NCBI GenBank assembly: GCA_051362555.1
Contig: CM120644.1
Location: forward strand, 1,806,954 to 1,870,953
Reading direction: 5' to 3'
DNA from: Lingula anatina
Lineage: Eukaryota; Animalia; Brachiopoda
DNA: 64,000 nt
The notes below the pieces were generated by a model, which saw nothing but the letters and a program-made list of their open reading frames with translations, was not told the origin of the DNA and searched no databases. This document shows positions 1-11,034 of the stretch, in pieces. Position 1 is the first letter of the stretch, and every line of letters begins with the position of its first letter. Made by a program: the position numbers and the translations under genes.

Positions 1-77
1 TGGCGAAAGGCCTCGATGAATTTGCATAAAGGGGTAAAAATTCTTGATACATTGTGTTTGCTTTTAATTGATTAAAA

Positions 78-807
78 TGTCCAATGACATGACATCTTTC
101 ACCTTTTTCAAAATGAATTTTATAAGAATGGCAGGATCTTAAGAAAGAACTATCAGAACATGTGGCACTTATTTTGTTAAATGAACCAAAATGTGTACGT
201 AAAAAAACGTAAATGAAATTCTTGCTGTGATTGTAAAGGTTTAAATGGTCTTTAGGTTTCTGTGTCTTTTAACGGGTTCATTATTGTGAAAGAAAAGAAT
301 GTTTCAATTTCATTTTGTTGAATATTTTGTTTGCTCGGGTATACCGTAATCACAGATTGTTATGTGTCATGGCTGCCGGGCTGTTGTCAACTCGATACAA
401 TTTATACACTGTCGCCATCTACTGTAATACTATTATACAGCATGTACTTATATACGCGTGATAATCTTCAAATCAACAGGCGGACTAACTCTGACCCCTT
501 TGCCACTCCAACAATTGGAGAAAAGACAAACCTAAACAAACGGAACACTATTTTCTACACTAAGTCTACCACTTGCGAAACAATTAATACATGATATTAA
601 TGGAATTAATAACCAAAACCTTTCTGTAGGCCCTGTGTTATTTACAAAGTTGAAAATAAGGGTGCATATAAATAAGTCTGTTTTGTTGCATCACTGTACA
701 CTGTACACTTGATAAAGCATCTCAAACGAGATAGGATGAGCTTCTTGGGCCCCATTACCATAGAATAGGGGACTAACTTGTCAAAGGGTCAAATATGGCG
801 ACCCACT

Positions 808-811
<4 letters not shown>
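78..811 (+). repeat. Copy of the gene's 3' flank, implying another paralog just upstream of the window
   Basis: Colinear with 14660-15377 and 36487-37222, which begin ~240 bp after the stop codons of copies 1 and 2. Confidence 0.75.

Positions 812-882
<71 letters not shown>
812..882. repeat. (AT)n microsatellite (paralogous tract at 37224-37294)
   Basis: Pure AT dinucleotide run. Confidence 0.95.
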
Positions 883-883
<1 letters not shown>

Positions 884-884
884 A

Positions 885-2750
885 ACCACAGTTGGAGACA
901 TTTTTATCGCTTTGAAATTATAAGGTTAGAGAAACAAATGGAACAAAAATGCCGTCCAAAATAAGGTCAAAGACAAGGCGGTGACAGGCAGCCTACGTGG
1001 GACGTAATGACAGAGATAAGATCGGTTGGGTGTATGTTTATCTTTGTAACCCACATGTACAAAAATATCCTCCCAACTCACATGACACAGTCATGTGCGT
1101 AAAACGGACATTTTCCAAGACCTGGGGCTATCTGGCTTTCTAAAATCCAGTCATCTTAGGCTAAGGCCCATCAAACAAGTGAAAATATATATTTATTAAC
1201 AGGTGATCATGAAAGGTGCACTCCATGGGTTTGAAAATCTCGCAAGTGTCTATTTTTGCCTTCCACGGTTTTTCGTAAAAACTTTATATAAACCTTAAAA
1301 TCGATTAAACCCCTTAAACAATTTTTTTGGAGCGTACCTGATGTTAATACTTCTGTGGGAGCTTAAGAAGATGTTCGCTGGTTATAATGACTGGTCGGAA
1401 ATTCTAAACTAAATCAACCTCTATAATATTTTAAAATTAAAATTAAAATTTAAGATCGAATTCAAGTGCAGAGAGGGATTGATATAAGATCCGTGAGTAA
1501 GAGAAAATTGGTTATTTTCCCGGCAAAATCCATTTGGAGGGAAGATCTCAAGGAGTTGCCCTTAAATAAAGGAATTTGTTTCACTTTGTCAGCCTACTAG
1601 CATCCTTACCCCAATTTCGGCAAGATATTTATTTAGGCTCATGTTGTTATTATATATTTGGTTCACATTCAACTATCTTTCGACTTCTTTTCGGCTGTAT
1701 AATTTTGGCACATAACTCATTTGGCTTTTGTTTGTATATATATACATGCATAATAACATGAATATATTTTGGCTTGCATTATTTCGGCTTATGCTATTTT
1801 GGTTTTTATTTTCCATTCTTTTTTCTGGTTGCAATTGTTGGCCTCTTTGCAACCCCACAAATGAAAATATTTGCACTATTTGTTTTGATATTTATTTTTA
1901 AGAGATAACATTACGTAATTTTAACTAATTAACATTATTTAATGCTATATAATATCTAACACCATCCTTTTATAGACGGACTTTTCAATAAAAGTGGCCG
2001 ATACCGGCCAAATTTCGTACACTATACATGTATATCTGTATTTGTCATTTACTTATCCTTTGGCTTGGGTTAATGTTTAGTTTAGTTTAAATTATTTCAC
2101 TGTAACATATGCTTCCACTTGTGTGGATGGAAATGACAATATGAATACAATTTTGTGAATATGCTATTAATGAGGAGACATAAATACTGTTTGCATTAAA
2201 ATTTATATGACATTACGTATGGGGTTTCAAAATTTTTTTTCGACCGTTATCAAGGGCTGCGGATAAGTATAAACCAGTGACTGTCAAGTCATTCTGGATA
2301 AAGACAAGGATCCACCAATCAGGAGTGAGAGGTCATATAGTAAACCGCAGTGGTAGACGTTTTTATCGCTTTAAAACCCAGGTTAGAGAAACAAATGGAA
2401 TAAATGCCGTCCAAAATAAAGACAAGACAAAGCAGGGACAAGCAGCCTAAGTAGGACGTAATGACAGAGATAAGATCGGTTGGGTGTATGTTTATTTTTG
2501 TAACCCACATGTACAAAAATATCCTCCCAACTCACATGACACAGTCTCTCAGGGCTTGTGCGTAACACAGACATTTTCCAAGACCTGGGGCTATATGGCT
2601 TTCTAAAATCCAGTCATCTTAGGCTAAGGCCCATCAAACAAGTGAAATTATATATTTATTAACAGGTGATCGTGAAAGGTGCACTCCATGGGTTTGAAAA
2701 TCTCGCAAGTGTTTATTTTTGCCTTCCACGGCTTTTCGTAAAAACCTTAC
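885..2750 (+). repeat. Local direct duplication upstream of copy 1 (~885-1290 vs ~2345-2750); a longer version lies upstream of copy 3 (~37295-38700 vs ~38770-40020)
   Basis: Shared blocks such as ggttagagaaacaaatggaa, aagacctggggctat and aaaggtgcactccatggg occur twice in each upstream region. Confidence 0.8.
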
Positions 2751-2814
2751 ATATATAAACTTATATATACTTATATAAACCAGTGACTGTCAAGTCATTC
2801 CGGATAAAGACAAG

Positions 2815-2910
2815 AATCCACCAATCAGGAGTGAGAGATCATAGATAACTTTTATTTATAAACTATATTTATTATATCGGTGTGTATAGAGTGTATTTGT
2901 GTCAGTGTCT
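2815..2910 (+). promoter_or_regulatory. Putative core promoter of copy 1
   Basis: CCAAT at 2821, TATAAA at 2857 and an Inr-like TCAGT at 2902, upstream of the ATG at 2945. Conserved before copy 3. Motifs only, in AT-rich DNA. Confidence 0.3.
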
Positions 2911-2944
2911 ATTCAGTACGTCTGTCTGGCATAGCGATAGAAGG

Positions 2945-2988
2945 ATGTGGAAGTCAATCGTTGAAAACCCAGGGTATAGTATTTGTCC

Positions 2989-3022
<34 letters not shown>

Positions 3023-4007
3023 TGGTCTGTCTGTCGGTTGGTTCAATTGTTTATTTACTTAAGAATCGGTGTTTGCAGTATACTTCATATTATTCTTTTT
3101 CACCTCTGTATCCAGCGATGCCACGCCTCCAAACGAACCGTTAAAGAACAGTTACATCCACGGGGCCAGCAGCGAGCCTCTAGTGGGACGCACGGTGTGG
3201 GAATGCCTGCAGGAAGCGGCCAGGGAAAAGCCGGACAGGGTAGCCATCAGGTTGCCGCAGTTTAGCCAAGATCTCACCTATAAAATGATATGTGACAAGG
3301 TATGTTCGTGCATAGTGAAAAGACTGGTCCAGAACCGAGTTAGGTGGAAGGGGGATGTTAGCGATCTAGGAGTTAATTCATTTTTTTAAATTACCACCCT
3401 GGGTCAAGTTTGCGCATCCCGAGGGGGAAGTTGACACACATACTAAAATCCAAAAGAAGTATATATTTTTATTTTTTTGTGCATTTTACTCGATAAACTG
3501 AGTAACAGAAACAACGGAAAACTTGCGTCGTCCCTGCGGGGGTACAGTCATTAAATTTCGGCTCCATTGGGACGACACATGGGGAGGCGTGTGAGAGGCG
3601 GAGAGACTATCAAAAGATTAGGCGGTTTTTCTTTCATGTACGTCCACCATATTTAGTCCCTAGGATTTGTAAAGCCTAGCTCAACTCGTTGTGAATGCGA
3701 TCTTACACGATAAGTAAAAAAATCTATCTCATCTACCTTTGGTTATTTTGACAGAGGTTTAGTAATTACATTAGAATGAAAGTGTTGTTTTCTCTAATCT
3801 CCATCAGAGTCACCGTTGTTACACACACACACACACACACGCACACACGCGCACGCACATTCACACACTCACAAACACAAACACACACACACACAAACGC
3901 ACACACACGCGCACACACATACATACACACACACATTTACAAACACAAACACACACTCACAAACACACACAAACACATACATACATACATTCATACAAGC
4001 ATACATA

Positions 4008-4077
<70 letters not shown>

Positions 4078-6734
4078 TAAAGGTGGAACGGGGGACCACG
4101 AAAAGGGGCGGACTAGCCCATAACGTGACTTCTCCAATTGACAGAGGGAGGGTCAGATACATGTCACGTTAGAGGTAAGAGTGGAGTGCAGGTTTGCCCC
4201 GGGGTAGGACAAGCAGTGCACATGCACTGTTTATATATATTGTAGATTAAGTGTTGATCTTTTTGTATAAAAAATGTTTATATATTTAAATGTCTAACGA
4301 GCATTATATGCACTGAAAAGGTTTTTTCACTGATTATCTTTTCAAAGAAGCATGCAAACTTTGCACAGGGGCGATTATTGTTTTGGCAATATGACTTTGC
4401 GCAAAAGTTGGGGTTGAAGCCCATGTGTGCACCATCAGCAACACCTAGAATATAAATAAATATATACATGAAACAAAACCGCCAGTGGCCAGTGAACCTG
4501 ATGAGATAGGAACGTACATGTATTATTTGTCGTACATGTATGCCCATCTATGTATGGCAGACGTTGTTTCTGAAGATGCGTTTTCAAGGAATACCAAGGC
4601 ATGTCGTTGCATGTCTAAGATCAGTTGTTATAAGAAATACTACACAGAAAACTACACGGACAACGTATTCCAAGGATTAGGGCGCATACCCCATGAAACA
4701 ATCGTTGTCCGTACAGCAAACCAACTCTGCGGGAACTCTCGTTAAATGCAACTGATAAGCACGGATCCTCAAGATTCTGGCGCTGAGTATATGAAACAGA
4801 AAAGCTGGTGAAATAATCTGTATTTAATTAGCGTGATTATCATCATTATTATATGCATTTAATTTTTGATTATTTGTTTAAATATTTAATTTATATATTT
4901 TTTTTTTCGCTGAGTGAATAAAGTTAATTTGAAAAGAGAAACAGAAAAGCTGGTGTTTATACGTCTTACGTTGGAAACGAGAGGACGTTTGCTAATCTGA
5001 ACACCTAATCGAATTCAGCGAGAGTTAGATCCTTCTACGTAGAACGATAGTGTCATTGGGAATGAGCCCTTAGAGTAACTGATGAAATTATGTTCGTCTA
5101 AGGTTTTGAAAAAGAGTCGTTTTGCTACCATGAGAAGTATTACGCTGCCTAGCTGGTCTCTGAGTTTTTAATACACAATAGGTACTGACAGGTACTGAAA
5201 TCATAATCAGAATGACTGCTACATGCATACCTATTGTAGACGACGCGTGTCACACAGTTGCAATTATGTAATAGTCAGAGCTAAATCACTGTGTTTACCC
5301 GGCAATAATAAAGCTTACCTGAACTGATTGGTTTTCAGAGCACAGAACTCGCCAAAGGACTGCTGGCACTAGGGATGAAGAAGGGAGATTTTCTCACCAT
5401 TACAAGTGTTTCGGACGCTTCATATGTATACATGGTATATGCTGCAGCACAAATTGGCGTTGTCTTTAACGCGGTAATTACGTTATATTATCTCAAATTA
5501 TATGTAATTTTAGCAGCAAAAACACAAAGCATAGAAAATAATATTCAAATGCATTTTCAAGGGAATTACAAAAGTTTGACAGTTGTTTCTGTTGTCATGT
5601 TAAAGCCCCTCTGGCGATCCATTGGTTTTCCATTGAAGCAAAAATAGGGAAACAGTAGAGCCTACAGGTCTTTAATACAACTAATGAAATAGAACACGTG
5701 TGTCATATATTCATCTTATCACGTTAGATCTGCCGATGTTACCTTATGTTCCAAAATAATACACCAACGTTATACATCGATGCAAATTCATGTCTTTTCA
5801 TTTTAGCCGGCGTATGCGTACCGACCACGTTCAAAATTGCTAGACATAGCTCTTAATAAAGTATGTATTGCGACAAAATTTGTAAAAACGTAAATTTCAA
5901 TGCAAAGGTGTGTTATTTCAAAGCAATCGATATTTTTAAGGTTTTGAATATGTTCACAAAAACTGACTATTTTTGCATTGACATGAAAGATTCTGACACT
6001 ATCGTCTGAGACAGTCAAACTTGTATTTTTGTTGAGTAATGTATAAAATTCGAAAAAAAGGCATTTGTCATAGAACCCATGGCATCGATTCCTTATTTCA
6101 GTTAAAGTCAAAAACACTGGTGATAATAGAAAATGAGGCCGGAACAAATGTCGCTGCTTTGAAGGAACTTATACCAGACTTGGAGACATTTGGTGGAAGA
6201 AACATACAGTCTGAAAGGTAGGTATATCTGTTGGCAGACCCCTCCCCCCAGCAAACACGTCACATTCGGATCACGTGGCTAGCACGTTGCTACCACATTA
6301 TACCGTCATAGCCACGGATTAACCACGTGTTTCCCACGTGACGTGTTTGCTGGGCCCCTCCCTCCTACAGTATCAATAAAGAATGGATACCATCCGAGAT
6401 AGTATAAAACGAGGCTTAATTTTAGACAATATGTGGCGTCCTGGAAAACCAGAAATGTGTATGGATTTACCAATGGTAGGGCTAACTTGTCAGCTAGAGA
6501 CGGTTTACTAAACCTGGATAAGCAGATCTTACTTCTCTCGCGGCACTAAACTTTTGATGACTATAATACTGTCTGATGACAATATATGTATTATCACATT
6601 TATTTCAGAGTACCCCACCTTAAGACTGTTGTAATTCCAAACCTGTCCAGTGCAGCATACGGGTGAGTGTTGTTGTCGTGTTGTTCTGGATTGTTTTCAG
6701 TTTAGATAACTGCACTGGTAGACTGAGGAACGGG

Positions 6735-6771
<37 letters not shown>

Positions 6772-9700
6772 TGGGTGTTGGAAAAGGGACCTTACCTATA
6801 TATTAACCTCTGGTATCAGTCGCTCTTAAATTATAGTACGAAGGTGTAATTAATCGGGTTACTGGCTGTTTAACTTTCGTCCTATTTCAGCACATATTGC
6901 GACAACTAATTTCTAACCACAAAGAGCCAATTTAATCTCTACCGGCCGACTCCCACACCCACTTTTATGGAGTGAGACCGTCTCAGACGGGAAGAAATAT
7001 ATTCACTAAAGACCTCCGCCAAGGGAAACAATTACTGACAGGAAGAACAAAAACAAAAGTCCCTGTAGAATATTAGAAGACCCGCCTTGAGCTTCATAGA
7101 TAACTTAGAACAAACCTCTAACGTTTCCGTAACTTGAAATTGCAAGGGGTTTCTCTAGTGTAGAGGTGTGTTTTAAGCTCAGGGTGTAGAAGATTCGGAT
7201 TCAGTTGAAAACTTCACCACTTCTTTCCCTTCTGAATTACTGCCTGTATTGTAATTTACATCAATTTTCCCAAAATTTGTGACATACATGTATTTTGTCC
7301 ACTAACAAACTGACAACGCCGTTGATAACATGCGGCAACCTCCTTGACGGAGGTACATGTACCAATGATGCGAAACCATCATTACACCCCCTATTGAGCT
7401 ATTATGGTACTAAGCGTGACATTTCCAGGTTGTCTCTGGAAGACGTCACCAAACTTGGAGAAGTGGTATCAGAAGAGGAAATACAAGCAGCACGAGACGC
7501 ATTCAGCGGGGATGATCCAATTAACACGGGTCTTTCCTCAGTGAGTATATTGCCACCCTTCAACTTTTCTTTATCTGAGGGCACGTTTTTAAATAACAGT
7601 ATTCCATCTTTTTTGGTCGTTCGATTAAGTTTGTTTAAAGACGCCATTAATCCATGATGTGTTTGTTGGCAATACAATATCTTATCGCCAATTATCACTG
7701 AAAAGTTAGTGATAACTTAGATTTCACACTTACACCAGTTATGTAAAATGGTCAAATTGTTGGCTGTAAAGTTTACATTTGGCTTACGTACTTGGTTTTT
7801 GTCCGTACCAATATTTAAACACCAGCTTAAAACATTAATAAATGAAAACGACGCCGTGGTATTCATTGAGCATGTGACCGTAACACTGATGATTGTGACG
7901 GACATTCATAGCATCAAAAGGTATAACAACGGGTATTTATTATATCAGAGAACACTGTAAGGACCGTAAATAAAATCAAAGTCTTAATTTATCACCTTTA
8001 ACTTGTTGTTGGTATAACAGGGTAGTACTGGTGTACCAAAATGTTCCATCAACAGTCAGTTTAAGGCCGTGAATACTACCAAGGTTACCATGCTGCGAAG
8101 TGGGAATTTTAACGAGGTAAATCTCATATATTTTTATTTATTTGTTTTTTTTTCAAATAAGAATAATTTCATCTTCATTGTTTGAGATTAGTAAGTGTTC
8201 TGCGTGGTTTATAGATTTTGCCCCCCTAAAAAAGGATTTTCCTAGGGCAAAGGGTGTGATTTTCCCATTCTAACCAATGATTAATGAAACCATCCCGACA
8301 TTGAAAGCTAGACCAGGTTTTTTTAAGTTTACTTTTTGAAATAATTTCTTAAGAGATAGCGCCATCTATGAAGGTCCACGTGGCCTGATGGCAAGTACAG
8401 ATTCCAGAATAATTGCGATAACCACTTTTTTAAGTGATAAAATGATATTTTTTATATTTCTGTGAGTTGTTTACCATGTATTTATTGTGAAATGTGAATC
8501 TCATACGAGCAGTTATTATCCCTTAAAATACTTGTGTCGTGTTTCTCCAGCCGGTGGTATTGGGCGTGGTCAATCCCGTCCACGATGAGTTGACGGTGGA
8601 CTACGTTTACTGGGTAAGTGTGGAGTATGATAAAGACATCCAGCTGGTCATATTACCGTCCACACTGTGGGACGTAGATTTCCAGGGAGAGAACGAAGAT
8701 GAGGGCTACCATTCGGAGGATTTATTCAAGAGCATTCATGAGTGCAAGTAGGTTTGATAGTGCAAGGTGTTACGTTATCAGTATCTTTCTTTCATCTATA
8801 TATTTTCATATTTGTATTTATTTACTCTGTGAAGATTAAAGCGTTATTTTCATACAGTTAGGTAATGGTTACCATTATACTTGAACCTTATTGGAGGCAC
8901 CTTTATTGAAAATATCACCTGTCACAAGACAATTCACCTGTCCGCTGTTGTTAAAGGATCACCAACCTCGACGTCTATCCCACATTCATGTTCAGGGCGT
9001 TGGAACTTGACGCTGGCATCGTGCAGAAATATGACATATCGTCTGCGAAACGAGGTGCGTTTGTATGAATTTAAGTCACCAGTGCAGACGAGTTTTTTAC
9101 CTTGGTGTTAAAGCAAAGTGTACGAATGGCATGAAACATAAAAGAACATGAACAGAAGCTCGCAACTTACAAACGGTATAGAAAATTATGCTACAAGTTC
9201 CCGGTAAAATGCTGGCCATTTTTATAGGGTCTCGGTCGGGATATTGGAATTTGAGAATTCTTAAACACAATAGACCAGAACAAACACCCAAATGTATGAG
9301 TATGTTATATGTAAATGCATTAAACAGAAGTGTTTTGCGCTTTCAGTTACCCTCACATCCATGCTCATAACGAGGAAAATGCGGGAGGATTGTTCGAAAC
9401 TATTTCCAGAAGTTGGGGTAAGTTTATCTCCTACTTGGTTTTGCACTTGAAAGACAATGGCCAGTTTCACAAAACTATAGAATGCTGAAACAGGTATTTA
9501 GATGGGACTGGGCACTATAGAATACTGGTACAATAGTTTAACCTCTCCGTTTTCAGGTAGTGCTGGGCACTATAGAATACTGGTACAATATTTTAACCTA
9601 TCCGTTTTCAGGTAGTGCTGGGCACTATAGAATACTGGTACAATAGTTTAGCCTATCCGTTTTCAGGTAGTGCTGGGCACTATAGAATACTGGTACAATA

Positions 9701-10880
9701 GTTTAACCTATCCGTTTTCGGGTAGGGCTGGGCACTATAGAATTCTGGTACAATATTTTAACCTATCCGTTTTCAGGTAGTGCTGGGCACTATAGAATAC
9801 TGGTACAATAGTTTAACCTATCCGTTTTCAGGTAGGGATGGGCAGCACAGAATCCTGGTACAATTTTTTAACGTACCCGAGGGATGACAATGACGACCAT
9901 AGATACCGTAGCGTAGGATTTCCAATGGCTCATACTGAGGTAAATATACTGTTCGCTCATTTCTATGGAGCAGATATTTTGGAATCATTTTTTCACATTA
10001 ATCATACACTGAATAATTTATATTCTCTTGTGTTACGTTATTCTACTTCTGTTATTATTCTATTATTTTATTTCAGGTGAAAATTGTTGATAAAAACAAG
10101 AAGATCGTGCCAATTGGCGTTGAAGGGGAAATATGCGTAAGGGGATTTTCGATGTTCAGTACATATTACGGTTGTGAAGACTTGTACAGGAAAGTGATGT
10201 CCCCGTCTGGTTGGTACTACACAGGGTATGTTAAATTTGACCGCATGGAAGGAAAATGTGTTAGTTGTTACAACACACTGGATGATTGTGATAGAACACA
10301 CTGGATGATTTTGATAGTTGTGACAACACACTGGACGATTGTGATAGAACACACTGGATGATTGTGATAGTTATGACAACACACCAGATAATTGTGATAG
10401 TTGTGACAACACACTGGGAGAGTGTGATAGTTGTGACAACACACTGGGAGAGTGTGATAGTTGTGACAACACAATTGATGATTGTGATAGTTGTGATAAC
10501 ACACTGGGTGAGTGTCACAGTTGGGACCACACACTGAATGGTTGTGATAGTTGCGGCTGTGAATAAGAAGAAGTGTAAGTTTTGAAAATCTTGAATGACT
10601 TTTTCATCCTTTTTATTCGCGCCACGTAATATAACAAGTTGAACGCCTTAGGAAAACATTATGTTTATACCGCAATGTATTAATATTGTACCTCACATTA
10701 TCTGAAGTGTAAAAATGATTTACATTTTAGGGACATTGGGTCTATGGATGAGTACGGGTTTACATACTTCAGTGGCAGAAAAGCCAATGTACTTTATATT
10801 AATCGCTACGGCGACAAGGTTTATCCTGCTGCTATAGAAGCTGCGGTAGAAAAACATCCCAAAGTTAGCCAGACACAGGT

Positions 10881-10914
<34 letters not shown>

Positions 10915-10972
10915 GAGAGAGAGTTAGTGTGAATGAATGTGTGTGCATTTGTGTGTGTCTATGCGTGTGTGC

Positions 10973-11034
<62 letters not shown>

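Noticed and set aside
331-594. ORF recurring at 14903 and 36713
   Set aside because: Recurrence reflects the segmental duplication, and the 14903 copy has frame-changing indels.
3776-4162. His/Thr- and Val/Cys-rich ORFs (also 23072-23347, 41025-41305, 10865-11230)
   Set aside because: Translations of CA/GT/AT microsatellites.
9502-9831. 55-bp units as coding alternative or mutually exclusive exons
   Set aside because: The length is not a multiple of 3, they cover only 16 of exon 12's 36 codons, and inclusion leads to stops.
10261-10534. Cys/His-rich repeat ORFs on the minus strand (also 33824-34245, 52474-52895)
   Set aside because: Translations of the intronic 30-bp minisatellite, open in several frames.
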